Shown here: positions 47,009-56,879 of the stretch, one piece after another
Numbering within the stretch: position 1 is the first letter of the stretch
Layout: each line of letters begins with the position of its first letter
NCBI GenBank assembly: GCA_964448885.1
Contig: CAYVAQ010000013.1
Span: 239 to 64,238 of the forward strand
Reading direction: 5' to 3'
Length of the DNA: 64,000 nt
From: an uncultured Methanoregula sp.
GTDB taxonomy: Archaea > Halobacteriota > Methanomicrobia > Methanomicrobiales > Methanospirillaceae
The notes under the pieces: generated by a model
Seen by the model: the letters and a program-made list of their open reading frames with translations, nothing else
Database searches by the model: none
What the model was told of the DNA's origin: nothing
Program-made: the position numbers and the translations under genes

Positions 47009-47758
47009 GTGACCGGTGTCGTATTCCATAAAACCATGAGGACAGGCTGGCGCCAGCGGTGCCATTCGTATCTTATTGATGTGGGAACCGGAATTGAGAT
47101 CCAGCAGATCGAAGTGACCGATGACCTTTTCGAGAACCGTACCCGTGTACCCCCGTTCCCGGTGACCCGGTATTTTGAGGTCGAGATCGATGAATCGCGC
47201 CGGAATGGGAAGAAAATCGCTGTTTTCAAGAGTATCGTACCGGTCATTGCCCACCGGAAGCCGGACTGGCATATCCTGAAGTTCCGGATCCGTCGCGGTG
47301 GCTGGACGATTACCGAGCGACTTCAGAAAAAGATCCCCGGGGGGGAGGTCCAGTGGATCTATACCGATGATTTCAATATCCTGTTCCTCTCATCCGGCGG
47401 GCGTCACGACACCGATATGCTCGTAAGTCTCATTACCGGAAAACTCAATACGATAACCCGGTCGATTCTGGACGGAAACCGTATCCCTTCCGAATTCGAG
47501 AACCAGATGAGCTGCCGGAATGCGTTTGACACCATGTTTGCCGATGGGGTTGACGGGGCATTCCGCGACGCAGTGCTCTACCGCGAGCACGCTTCGGCAA
47601 TTTCCGGCGAACTGGGAAAGAACGGTCCCCAGGCAGCCCGCACTCAGATATGCAGCAATCACGGCCATGTGGTAGTAGGCGCTGCCGAAGCTGCAGCGCT
47701 GAATGTGGACCTGACCCGGATCGACGAGCTGAACGACCTGAGCTGGCTTAACGAATAA
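47009..47758 (+). CDS. Hypothetical protein
   Basis: Open frame of 249 aa downstream of a strong AT/TATA tract (46889-46908); no motif recognised. Confidence 0.6.
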   Translation: MTGVVFHKTMRTGWRQRCHSYLIDVGTGIEIQQIEVTDDLFENRTRVPPFPVTRYFEVEIDESRRNGKKIAVFKSIVPVIAHRKPDWHILKFRIRRGGWTITERLQKKIPGGEVQWIYTDDFNILFLSSGGRHDTDMLVSLITGKLNTITRSILDGNRIPSEFENQMSCRNAFDTMFADGVDGAFRDAVLYREHASAISGELGKNGPQAARTQICSNHGHVVVGAAEAAALNVDLTRIDELNDLSWLNE

Positions 47759-47902
47759 CCGGGCACGCGGGTATCTTCTGTGCCATCGCATGCTCCTCTC
47801 TTTTTTTTATCCCATTGTACCTGAAAATACGTCTCTGTCGTCGCGACAGATGCAAATCCCGAAAATGAGAATAAAAAAGAAAACGAAGCGCGGGTAGCGC
47901 TG

Positions 47903-48697
47903 TCACATCTCGGACTTCTTCTTGAAGAGTGCTTTGCTGAAGCGGTCGATGAAACTCTCCTTGACTTCAACGGTCTTCTCTTCCTTGTAGGCAACCCCCA
48001 CAAGGTCAGAGGCAATCCGCTTGATCGCCTTGGATGCAGGGGATGTCGGGAATTTGACCACGATCGGGGTCTTGGCTGATGAGGCCCGGCGCACATTGGT
48101 GTCTTCCGGGATAATACCGATGACCTTCACACCAAGGACTTTCTCCATCTTCTTGGTGATGATGTCGGTCTTGTCCTGATCGACCCGGTTGATGATCGAT
48201 CCGAGGACATGGCCGCCCACAACTTCGGTCAGGATCTTGGTCTTGAGGGCGTCCACGATTGAGGAGAGTTCGGGATTGACAACAAGGATAACTTCATCGG
48301 CAACGGCAAGCGGGACAACGCCGTCCTTGCTGATGCCGGCAGGTGCATCAATGAGCAGGAATTCACAGCGCTTGACCAGTTCACCCATGACATCGCGGAT
48401 CCGGTCCGGGTCGGCCTGCTGGAATCCCTGGAGGGAGATGCCACTCGGGATGACCTTGAGGCCAGCCGGTCCTTCATAGATCGCATCATTGATGTTACCC
48501 TTCCCGGCAAGGATTTCATGAAGGGTGACTGGTGCGTCCTGAAGCCCGAGAACAAGACCAACGTTTGCCATACCGATATCGGCGTCCATTAGATAGGTCT
48601 CTTTGCCAAGCTGGGCAAGCATTGTTCCAAGATTCACGGAAACGGTGGTCTTGCCGGTACCACCTTTTCCTGATGCGATCGTGTAGACTTTGACCAT
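47903..48697 (-). CDS. minD: MinD-family ATPase
   Basis: IASGKGGTGKTT deviant Walker A, DADIGMAN, LIDAPAG, and a C-terminal amphipathic SFIDRFSKALF membrane-targeting sequence. Confidence 0.95.
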   Translation of the reverse strand: MVKVYTIASGKGGTGKTTVSVNLGTMLAQLGKETYLMDADIGMANVGLVLGLQDAPVTLHEILAGKGNINDAIYEGPAGLKVIPSGISLQGFQQADPDRIRDVMGELVKRCEFLLIDAPAGISKDGVVPLAVADEVILVVNPELSSIVDALKTKILTEVVGGHVLGSIINRVDQDKTDIITKKMEKVLGVKVIGIIPEDTNVRRASSAKTPIVVKFPTSPASKAIKRIASDLVGVAYKEEKTVEVKESFIDRFSKALFKKKSEM

Positions 48698-48766
48698 TGG
48701 ACACCTTTTTGGTAATAAGAATCTCTATTGTATTTATATAAGATTAGTGGATTTCTTCATATCGTT

Positions 48767-49348
48767 TTATACCCACCAGTTTAAAATATCTTTTGTATCG
48801 TTTTCAATCTCCTGCATGATCGGTTCCGGAACCGGCAGTGGTGTGCTGATAATCAGGACAAGGTCGGAGCCTTTATGGCGGATACCGGCAAGAACCACGC
48901 CGGGCGTCTCAGAGAGCGGATCGTTTTGAAAGATCTCGCTGTACCGTGCTGCATCGACCGGAGCAGAATCACTCCCGGCCGATGCAAAGACCAGGCCATC
49001 GGATGTGGCGATAGTGAAATTCTTAAGAGAGTATTTGTCAACAAGGGCCAGCATGCTCTCTGAGATATCATTCCTCCCGTTCAGGATGCTGACATCCTTG
49101 GGTTTGGGCAGTCCCGGGCTTTTCTGAACGACCGGGCGGGGGATTGCCGACGGCTGGATTGCCGGTATCGGGCGGGCTTCCGGCTGGTATGCAAGACGTC
49201 CGGCTTTCATCTGGGAGATATTCTCACCTGTAACGGTTGTCCGGGTATACCATTTCCGGTAAAGCACAACAACAAGTATTCCAAAAGCGACAACGATCCC
49301 GGCAATCAGTCCGTAAAGAAGGGGAGGTTCGGTGACTGCAGGGGTCAT
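48767..49348 (-). CDS. Membrane-anchored protein with Roadblock/profilin-like domain
   Basis: N-terminal TM helix, Pro-rich linker, LVDKYSLKNFTIATSDGLVFASAG...DAARYS (Roadblock-like DGL motif). Confidence 0.65.
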   Translation of the reverse strand: MTPAVTEPPLLYGLIAGIVVAFGILVVVLYRKWYTRTTVTGENISQMKAGRLAYQPEARPIPAIQPSAIPRPVVQKSPGLPKPKDVSILNGRNDISESMLALVDKYSLKNFTIATSDGLVFASAGSDSAPVDAARYSEIFQNDPLSETPGVVLAGIRHKGSDLVLIISTPLPVPEPIMQEIENDTKDILNWWV

Positions 49349-49374
49349 TTCAACAAATCCTTACTGAAAAGTAC

Positions 49375-50145
49375 TCAGCGTTCCATCAGATGTTCCAGAT
49401 GGAGCTGTTTGATCATCGTCTTGCAGTCGTTACGGATCTTGTCAGTAACGTTATCAAGGTCCATGGTATCGAAGGTATCAATATCCTTATCAAAACTGCT
49501 GCCCTGGGCCTGCCCGTCACCACCCGCATCGCCGGTTTCCGGACCTTTCACCTCAGCGGGGGGAGTGGATGACTGGGGCATTGACGGGGGAGCGGGCATC
49601 GCTGGTCGTGATGGGGATACGGAAGCCGCCGGCCTGGCTGTTCGGGATTCCGGTGCTGCAGGAGGAGCAGGAGGCGCAGCCGGGGGTGCAGGGCGGTGGA
49701 AGAGAGAGGAACCTGCTGCAGGTTTCTGGGGTGTTTTTGGTGTGGGGGGCGTTGGGGGCTGAACCGGGGGGGCCGGCTTTTTTACCGGCTCGTGAACGGG
49801 GGGTGCTGTTTTCCGGCTCTCATCCTGGTTTTTTCCTCCCTTGATGAGACGGCATGCCTTATTGAATTCCAGCGAGAGCTGGATCTGGGCATCGTCAAGC
49901 GTTGAGAGGGCAGCATCGATCTCACCAGGCCTGTTCCTTACCAGTTCATCCCAGCCGGCATCGCCCGATTGCCCATGGAATTTGACCAGGATGCATTTTC
50001 CTCCCTTGTAGACAAGAGTCCCGGTTCCCTCGCCGGATGAAAGGCTGCAGATCCCGGAGAACCTGCTTCGTTCGAGCTCATTCAGAATACTATCGATTGT
50101 CTCGCCTTTTTTGATCTCGCGAAACGTACCCCTCGGTAATTGCAT
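49375..50145 (-). CDS. DUF2226 (PATAN-like) domain protein with Pro-rich linker and acidic C-terminal helices
   Basis: MQLPRGTF...ILNELERSRFSGICSLS...GTLVYKGGKCILV. Start reassigned to the ATG at 50145. Confidence 0.8.
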   Translation of the reverse strand: MQLPRGTFREIKKGETIDSILNELERSRFSGICSLSSGEGTGTLVYKGGKCILVKFHGQSGDAGWDELVRNRPGEIDAALSTLDDAQIQLSLEFNKACRLIKGGKNQDESRKTAPPVHEPVKKPAPPVQPPTPPTPKTPQKPAAGSSLFHRPAPPAAPPAPPAAPESRTARPAASVSPSRPAMPAPPSMPQSSTPPAEVKGPETGDAGGDGQAQGSSFDKDIDTFDTMDLDNVTDKIRNDCKTMIKQLHLEHLMER

Positions 50146-50397
50146 TACTGATATTTTAGCGGCATTCTGGTATATAGTTTCTTTTTGTTCAGGGATAGTA
50201 TGTATGCGCTCCCGATATATTGCAGCCCCAGAAACGCTGGTGATATATAATGTTTTTCCTTTCAGGGAATTGGGGAATGATACCTTTTGGCAGGTTTTGC
50301 TGCGTCCAAACTCAATATTTACATTTCCTGCCAGACACAAAGACCAACATTTTAATAGATAAAGAATCAGAAGATACCTTTATTAAGTGGTGCAAAT

Positions 50398-50745
50398 ATG
50401 CTGAAACCATTACTTGAGGAGTTTCTAAAGGTCGAAGGGGTATCAGCGGCGGTCGTCGTTGGAAGGGACGGCTTCGTTATTGAGAGCGCCGTCTCCGGCA
50501 AGGTTGATATTGAAGCCCTGGGTGCGATGGCTTCAACCGGCCTGGGCACATCGGAAGCGATGGGCAATACCCTGGGTAAGGGGGAACTCTCCCAGATGCT
50601 TGTTGAACTGGAAAAAGGACCGATCATCCTCTCTCCTCTCTCTGCCGACGAACTGATTGCAATAGTAGCAGATACGACAGCAAATGTCGGCAGGATACGG
50701 TATGAACTGAAGAAGAACAAGGAACGAATCGTTGCAGCCCTGTAA
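50398..50745 (+). CDS. Roadblock/LC7 (MglB-like) protein
   Basis: LEEFLKVEGVSAAVVVGRDGFVIES...EALGAM...ELSQMLVELEKG...ANVGRIRYE. Confidence 0.93.
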   Translation: MLKPLLEEFLKVEGVSAAVVVGRDGFVIESAVSGKVDIEALGAMASTGLGTSEAMGNTLGKGELSQMLVELEKGPIILSPLSADELIAIVADTTANVGRIRYELKKNKERIVAAL

Positions 50746-50759
50746 CCCCTTTTCTTTTT

Positions 50760-51488
50760 ATGAAATTTCCAGCGGGAACTGATGGAGGCACAATCTCCAA
50801 TCCCCAGGATGAAGGTTTCATCAAGGATATGATGGCCTTCTGTGGGGCAATTGAGATAAGTACCGGGGCCGGCCATGGTTTTATCCTGACCGACAACGGC
50901 CGGCTCATCTCGGCATACTACCGGGATGACCAGGGCACGTTCCGTGGCAGGGATGCCCTTGCCCATATGACACTGGATCCTGGAGGTGAAGACTCTCCCC
51001 AGACATTCAGTCTTCACCGGTATAATGCCGATGAATTTGCCCGGGCAATCCAGATCTCGCGGGAAGAGGATATGCTGCTGATGGAACCGGGTCCTGCTGT
51101 ACCATCTGCGGTTGAATCACCTGTTGCCGATCATGACGGTTCAGGCTCTCCTCAGCTGCTTGATGAAAGCAAACTGCGAAAGATCATGAATCAGCCCGGT
51201 GTTATTGCGGTTTCTGCATTTTTCGAAGGCTTTCCTGTGCAGTCCATTGGCGATGCGGATTTTGAGCATGTTGCAGCCTCCGCCGAGGACTTCGCACGGG
51301 CTGGCAGTAAAATTGCCCAGGAAATGAAGATCGGTCACCTGGATCAGCTCATCCTTGAAACGCCGACAAACAAATTCATCATAGCTCCCTGTGGTGACCT
51401 TTACCTGTGCATATACACCCGGGCTGATGCCCAGCTCGGCCTTATCCGTGTTGTCCTGAAGGGGATTCAGAACGAGATCGGCGGGTAA
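50760..51488 (+). CDS. DUF2226-like + Roadblock/LC7 fusion protein
   Basis: N-terminal MKFPAG...FCGAIEI...GFILTDNGRLISAYY; C-terminal PGVIAVSAFFEGFPV...LDQLILET...AQLGLIR. Confidence 0.82.
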   Translation: MKFPAGTDGGTISNPQDEGFIKDMMAFCGAIEISTGAGHGFILTDNGRLISAYYRDDQGTFRGRDALAHMTLDPGGEDSPQTFSLHRYNADEFARAIQISREEDMLLMEPGPAVPSAVESPVADHDGSGSPQLLDESKLRKIMNQPGVIAVSAFFEGFPVQSIGDADFEHVAASAEDFARAGSKIAQEMKIGHLDQLILETPTNKFIIAPCGDLYLCIYTRADAQLGLIRVVLKGIQNEIGG

Positions 51489-51676
51489 GCATAGCCCGCC
51501 CTTCCGGCAAATTTCGCAGAACATGGGATTATTCTGCACAAGCGGCGCACAAAACATCCCGGTTTATTCCACAGGGTACATATACTCGAAGATAAAATTA
51601 TCTTTTATAGATATTCGTTTCAGGATTTCACCCCTCATGGAGATGAAAAGCGGGTTCAGCGCGGGGGAGGTCAGCT

Positions 51677-54244
51677 ATGAGTAAGGATGACGATGGTTCT
51701 CTTGACGATGTTAATTCACTGATGAAGATGATCGGCGGTGCAAAGAAGAAACCTGCTCCGCCAGAGAAGACCGGCACGGAAAAGAAGATCCCGGAACCCC
51801 TGGTGGCCACACCGGGTTCCGGCATGCCCGATCTCGGTGGAAAAGGTGATTTCTCTGCCCTTATGAAGAAACTGGGGATGGCAAATAAGCCGGAGACGAT
51901 GCCCCAACAATCTCAGGAACCCGTTCAGGTCACTAAACCTGCGCCTCCGTCACCCCCTGCCCCCGTATCCGATGCTGTTGATGATTTTGACGACCTGCTT
52001 GAGGATGCACCTGCCCCTGCACCAAAACCCCGGCCCCCGTCACCTCCGCCCGAACCCATGCCCGAACCCATGCCCGAACCGACGCCGGAACCCCAAAAGG
52101 AGCCTGAACCCTCTGCACAACCCCTGGCCGACGGCCGTGATGTCCGTGAATCCCTCGGGAAGCTCCTTGCCGGGATGAATAAAACTTCGGCTGCGGCCCC
52201 CGCTCCAGCCGAACCCCCCGCCCCTGCCCCCAAGAGAGCCGAACCGCCTGCCAGGGCAGTCTCCCCGCCCGTGGAAGAGCCGGTTGTTGAAATTATCGAT
52301 GAGGATCCAAAGGCAGCACTCAGGAAGCAGGCAAAGCCTGTTGCGAAGAAAGTCCAGGTAGCCCCTCCTGCAGGAGAACCGGCACCCCCTGCAGTAATCA
52401 CTGACAGTGACGAGAAGATCATCACGGTCGACCAGATATCTGATCTGTCCGGGTTGATCCTTCCCAAGGGTGCGACATTCCAGATCGAGGAACTGAAACT
52501 CCACGGTCGTATCAACGCCTTTGAGAGTACCGGCAGCAGTGCGCTCCCCCCGGAGTTTGACGAGATCTGGAAGAAGGAGTTCTCCTCTGCCGGCTTCAAG
52601 GACCTGGATATCGAAGAGGAGATGGTTGCTGAGAAGATCAAGCTCAAACCGGAACCGAAACGGTTCGGCGGGCTCTCGGCGCTCTTCCAGGTTATTCGTG
52701 CCGAACAGGAGGAGTACGATCCCAAAAAGCACGGGCCGCTTGTTGACCTCGCTTTTCATCCCAAGGCCGGTGTCGAGGAGATGGAGATGTACCCGGTCAA
52801 CGAACCATTCGCGTATATCCGGATCACGTATGACCATGCAACCCATGAATACACGTACTATGTCCTCGAGCCCGAACTGACCGATCCGGAGAAAGATCTT
52901 CTCAAGGAACTCAAGGAACGGCTCTTTGAGACCCTTGATATCAATACCAAGGATATCTCGAAAGAGGAGGCGAGGGCCAAACTCCGCGAGGCAACCAATG
53001 ATATCATCCAGGACTATGGTATCAAGCTGACGCCGGTCCAGCGGGAGAAGATCCATTACAACATGCACAAGGACTTCCTTGGCGATGGTATCATCGACCC
53101 CATCATGCACGACAAGTATATCGAGGATATTTCCTGCGATGGTGTCAATACCCCGATCTTCGCGTTCCATTCAAGTTACGAGTCGATGAAATCAACCCTG
53201 ATTTATAGGAGTGCCGAGGAACTTGACTCCTATGTGACCAAGCTTGCGCAGCGGGCCGGCAAATATATCTCAATTGCAGAACCGATCCTGGATGCGACCA
53301 TGCAGGACGGCTCCCGTATCCAGATGACCCTCGGGACCGAGGTGACGGCCCATGGTTCTACCTTCACGATCCGTAAATTCAAGGACGAACCGATCACCCC
53401 CACCGATCTCATCGAGTGGCGGACATTCTCACCGCTTGCCATTGCTTACATCTGGCTTGCTGTCGAGAATGGCAAATCTTCCATCTTTGCCGGGGGAACT
53501 GCATCCGGTAAGACCACGGCACTAAACGCCATCTCGCTCTTCATCCCGCCGATGGCAAAGATCGTCTCGCTTGAAGATACCCGTGAAGTGAAACTGCCAC
53601 ACCCGAACTGGATCCCGAGTGTTACCCGGGACTCGTTCGATACCGCAGGGCGCGGCGAGATCAATATGTATGAACTGCTCCGTGCTGCAATGCGTCAGCG
53701 TCCTGAATACATGATTGTCGGTGAGGTTCGTGGTAAGGAATGCCAGACGCTCTTCCAGGCGATGAGCACCGGCCACGTCACCTATTCCACAACGCACGCC
53801 GATTCCGTTGCATCGGTCGTGCACCGTATCGAGAACCCGCCCATGGATGTTCCCCGTAACATGCTCTCGGCACTCGATTTCATCTGCATCCAGGTGCAGG
53901 CACGGGTCGGCGGGAAGCGTATCAGGAGGAACAAGCAGATCGTCGAGGTTCTTGATATCGACCCACGGACGAACGAGCTGATCACCAACGAGGTCTTCAA
54001 GTGGCGATCGGCAACCGATGAACACGCGTACTCGGGAAAATCCTATGTCCTCGAGGAGATTATGGAGGCGAAAGGCTGGAGCGAGAACCGGATGCGCGAA
54101 GAACTCAAACGCCGGCAGGAGGTTCTTGAGTGGATGCGGATCAAGAAGATCCGGCATTATAAGGACGTGTCGAAGATCCTGATCTCGTACCATCGCGATC
54201 CGGAAGCCGTTATCGAGAAAGTCAGGAAGGATCTCTATGAATAG
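51677..54244 (+). CDS. Type II/IV secretion (pilus assembly) ATPase, FlaI/PilB-like, with about 260-aa Pro-rich N-terminal extension
   Basis: IEDISCDG, Walker A GGTASGKTT, EDTREV, MRQRPEYMIVGEVRG (Walker B), TGH...TTHA His box. Confidence 0.95.
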   Translation: MSKDDDGSLDDVNSLMKMIGGAKKKPAPPEKTGTEKKIPEPLVATPGSGMPDLGGKGDFSALMKKLGMANKPETMPQQSQEPVQVTKPAPPSPPAPVSDAVDDFDDLLEDAPAPAPKPRPPSPPPEPMPEPMPEPTPEPQKEPEPSAQPLADGRDVRESLGKLLAGMNKTSAAAPAPAEPPAPAPKRAEPPARAVSPPVEEPVVEIIDEDPKAALRKQAKPVAKKVQVAPPAGEPAPPAVITDSDEKIITVDQISDLSGLILPKGATFQIEELKLHGRINAFESTGSSALPPEFDEIWKKEFSSAGFKDLDIEEEMVAEKIKLKPEPKRFGGLSALFQVIRAEQEEYDPKKHGPLVDLAFHPKAGVEEMEMYPVNEPFAYIRITYDHATHEYTYYVLEPELTDPEKDLLKELKERLFETLDINTKDISKEEARAKLREATNDIIQDYGIKLTPVQREKIHYNMHKDFLGDGIIDPIMHDKYIEDISCDGVNTPIFAFHSSYESMKSTLIYRSAEELDSYVTKLAQRAGKYISIAEPILDATMQDGSRIQMTLGTEVTAHGSTFTIRKFKDEPITPTDLIEWRTFSPLAIAYIWLAVENGKSSIFAGGTASGKTTALNAISLFIPPMAKIVSLEDTREVKLPHPNWIPSVTRDSFDTAGRGEINMYELLRAAMRQRPEYMIVGEVRGKECQTLFQAMSTGHVTYSTTHADSVASVVHRIENPPMDVPRNMLSALDFICIQVQARVGGKRIRRNKQIVEVLDIDPRTNELITNEVFKWRSATDEHAYSGKSYVLEEIMEAKGWSENRMREELKRRQEVLEWMRIKKIRHYKDVSKILISYHRDPEAVIEKVRKDLYE
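52049..52093 (+). repeat. 12-bp in-frame tandem repeat (PEPM)n
   Basis: cccgaacccatg occurs twice plus degenerate copies, encoding PEPMPEPMPEPTPEP. Confidence 0.75.
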
Positions 54245-55160
54245 TTACGAGCGCTTCTGCTTCAACCTCCTGGGAAAACGAATGAAGGCAAAACGGGACG
54301 AGTACGCCCAGCTCAGAAACGATCTCATCTCGGCGCGTTTCAAGACCCCGTTCGAAGTCTACCTCTCGACTGCGTTTGTCAGTTCTATTGTTGTCGGTCT
54401 TACATTTGCGATCCTCATCGGTGCAGTCTCCTGGATCTTCAAACTCCCCTCCCTGATCAAATACAAGGGCGCCGTCCCGGGGCCGCTGGTCGCCCTCTCT
54501 GCTCACAGCCTGGTCATTGGTACCATTGCCATTACCATTTTTTCCCTTCTGGTCTTTGGCGGGATCACGTATGCAATCTTCATCGTGTATCCCGGTGTTG
54601 AGGCGGGGAACCGTCGCAGGAACATCGATGCCACCCTGCCGTACGCAATCAACTACGTCACGTCCATGTCAACGGCAGGTATCACGCCGGCAGAGGTCTT
54701 CCGTCTGCTCGGTGACAGCCCGATTTACGGGGAGAGTTCGGTCGAAGCCCGGTACGTGGCGCGGGAGATCGATATATTCGGCCGTGACCTCATCGATGCC
54801 CTGCGGCTCGTATCTGCAAGTACCCCGAGTAAACGGATGAAGGAGTTCCTCCAGGGTGCGATGGCGAGTATCTCATCAGGTGGTAACCTCACGGAATATT
54901 TCCGGACAAAAGCCGACCAGTACGCGCTTGAGAACCGGCAGACGCAGAAGCAGTTCCTCGATATGCTGGCACTCATCTCCGAGTCCTATGTAACAGCGAT
55001 GGTGGCCGGCACGCTCTTCCTGATCATCCTGCAATCGATCATGTCGGTTCTTTCGGGAGATAATAAACCGCTCTTCCTGTATGCGATCATTTACATCATG
55101 ATCCCGCTTGGCAGTGCTGCGTTCGTTATCATGATCAGCTCGATGACACCGGAGTCCTGA
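54237..55160 (+). CDS. Type II secretion system F (TadB/FlaJ-like) platform protein
   Basis: RRRNIDATLPYAINYVTSMSTAG...YGESSVE...FGRDLIDAL...TPS. Overlaps the ATPase stop, suggesting translational coupling. Confidence 0.93.
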   Translation: MNSYERFCFNLLGKRMKAKRDEYAQLRNDLISARFKTPFEVYLSTAFVSSIVVGLTFAILIGAVSWIFKLPSLIKYKGAVPGPLVALSAHSLVIGTIAITIFSLLVFGGITYAIFIVYPGVEAGNRRRNIDATLPYAINYVTSMSTAGITPAEVFRLLGDSPIYGESSVEARYVAREIDIFGRDLIDALRLVSASTPSKRMKEFLQGAMASISSGGNLTEYFRTKADQYALENRQTQKQFLDMLALISESYVTAMVAGTLFLIILQSIMSVLSGDNKPLFLYAIIYIMIPLGSAAFVIMISSMTPES

Positions 55161-55162
55161 TT

Positions 55163-56197
55163 ATGGGGTTCAAGGATATTACCAACAACCTGTTCAACAA
55201 GGGTGAGAACAAGCCCGAGCAGGCGAAATCCTCGGAATTGTCGAGCATGGAAGCGGAACTCAACGAGATCACCGTGAAGCTCGAACATGAACGCCAGAGC
55301 CGGGAAGGTATCGGAAAATTCATGAAGCATCCCCTCCAGGTGCTCATGGAGCGGCCGGAGCACATCCTCATCGTCTGCGTTCCGCTGGCCCTCCTCATCT
55401 TTCTGGGCGGGCTCATCTATTCAATCCAGACCTATGGCATGAAGGTCATCTTCGAGGCAACGACGGTCGATGATTTCCTGGTCTTAGCAGTCCTCATCTG
55501 TATCATTCCGGTTGCGCTTCTGGACCTGAAGGAACAGATCCGGGTCACGAACCTTGAGAACTCGCTGCCGAACTTCTTCCGTGACCTGGCCGGGATGAAC
55601 GATTCCGGTATGACTCTGCCAACCGCCGTTCACCTGGTTGCCGGCGCCGAATACGGGACGCTCACCCCGCATATCAAGAAACTCGATAACGAGATGTCCT
55701 GGGGTGTCAATTTCGTCGATGCCCTCTATCGCTTCGGTGCAGGTCTTGGGACCAAGCTTGCCGACCGGAGCGTGGACCTGATCGCAAAGGCAAGCAAGGC
55801 CGGTGGTGACGTAAGCGAGGTTCTGAGAGCGGCAGCAAAAGACACGTTTGAGGTGGTCAACCTCCAGACAGAACGCGCGAACAACATGCTCATCTATGTT
55901 ATCATTGTTCTCGTTGCATTCGCGGTCTTCCTTTTCGTTATCGCGATCCTGGTCTCTTCATTCCTGAGTACGATGGCGACCGCCGGTTCAGCGGCATCTG
56001 CCACCGGGGCACAGGGATTCGGCGGGAAGATCGACATTTTCGTATACAAGCGCCTCTTCTCACATGCAGCCATGCTCCAGGGTTTCTTCTCGGGGCTTGT
56101 AGCAGGCCAGATGGGTGAAGGAAGGTTCGTTGCAGGACTGAAGTACTCTGCAATCATGCTCATCATCGCATGGGTCACCTTCCGGTTCTTCATCTGA
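55163..56197 (+). CDS. Type II secretion system F (TadC-like) platform protein
   Basis: LENSLPNFFRDLAGMNDSGMTL...YGTL...SWG; QGFFSGLVAGQMGEG...GLKY. Confidence 0.93.
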   Translation: MGFKDITNNLFNKGENKPEQAKSSELSSMEAELNEITVKLEHERQSREGIGKFMKHPLQVLMERPEHILIVCVPLALLIFLGGLIYSIQTYGMKVIFEATTVDDFLVLAVLICIIPVALLDLKEQIRVTNLENSLPNFFRDLAGMNDSGMTLPTAVHLVAGAEYGTLTPHIKKLDNEMSWGVNFVDALYRFGAGLGTKLADRSVDLIAKASKAGGDVSEVLRAAAKDTFEVVNLQTERANNMLIYVIIVLVAFAVFLFVIAILVSSFLSTMATAGSAASATGAQGFGGKIDIFVYKRLFSHAAMLQGFFSGLVAGQMGEGRFVAGLKYSAIMLIIAWVTFRFFI

Positions 56198-56198
56198 A

Positions 56199-56240
56199 CC
56201 TTCTTTTTCCTTTTTGCCCAGCAGGATTCAGGTTTTTTTA
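56199..56240 (+). terminator. Oligo-T terminator-like tract after the pilus operon
   Basis: ccttctttttcctttttg...ggttttttt directly after the stop. Confidence 0.45.
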
Positions 56241-56400
56241 AGCCCCCCGGGAGATTCTCCTCTACGGTAAACCGGTTTACCAATATCAGGTCCAATTCCT
56301 GGTTATACGCACCTGGAATTTTCCGGAAAAATTCTGAAATGACCGATTATCATACCCGTGCCAGAATACACCTGCACACGAGTAAAAAAAAGGAAACGGA

Positions 56401-56706
56401 TTATGAGATATTTTCCGTGCTGTATCCTTTGAGCGACAGGAGCTCCTTGACGCGGTCACGGTGATTTCCCTGCAGCTCGATGGAATTCCCCTTGACGGTC
56501 CCGCCACAGGCAAGTTTGCCCTTCATATATTTCGAGAGATCTTCGAGATCGATATCCGTAGGATCAAGTCCTTCAATAACGGTCACTTCTTTTCCGTACC
56601 GGCGCTTGTTGACTTTGACATTGATCCTCTGCTGTTCCTTTGCTACCTCCTCACAGATACACAGTTCTTTAGGTAGTCCACACGTCGGGCAAATCCCACC
56701 AATCAT
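56401..56706 (-). CDS. yciH: Translation initiation factor SUI1/aIF-1 (YciH-like)
   Basis: [21 protein letters not shown]...[12 protein letters not shown]...LACGGT...IELQGNH. Confidence 0.96.
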   Translation of the reverse strand: MIGGICPTCGLPKELCICEEVAKEQQRINVKVNKRRYGKEVTVIEGLDPTDIDLEDLSKYMKGKLACGGTVKGNSIELQGNHRDRVKELLSLKGYSTENIS

Positions 56707-56879
56707 TACATGTATTTTTTACGTCTTTGTTTATTTATTACTTGGCATTACCGGTAAAAATCCGCGGAATTTGCAAAAAAAGAGGAGATTTTTCCCAGAA
56801 CCGGTAAACGTGTGAGAGTTACGGGGCGCTGCTGAAGTGTATCTGTTTTTATTGTCCGGGTCCGATGCTATAGCAGAAC

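Noticed and set aside
56200-56400. Possible tRNA after the pilus operon
   Set aside because: No cloverleaf or T-loop GTTCRA motif; it looks like convergent terminator sequence.
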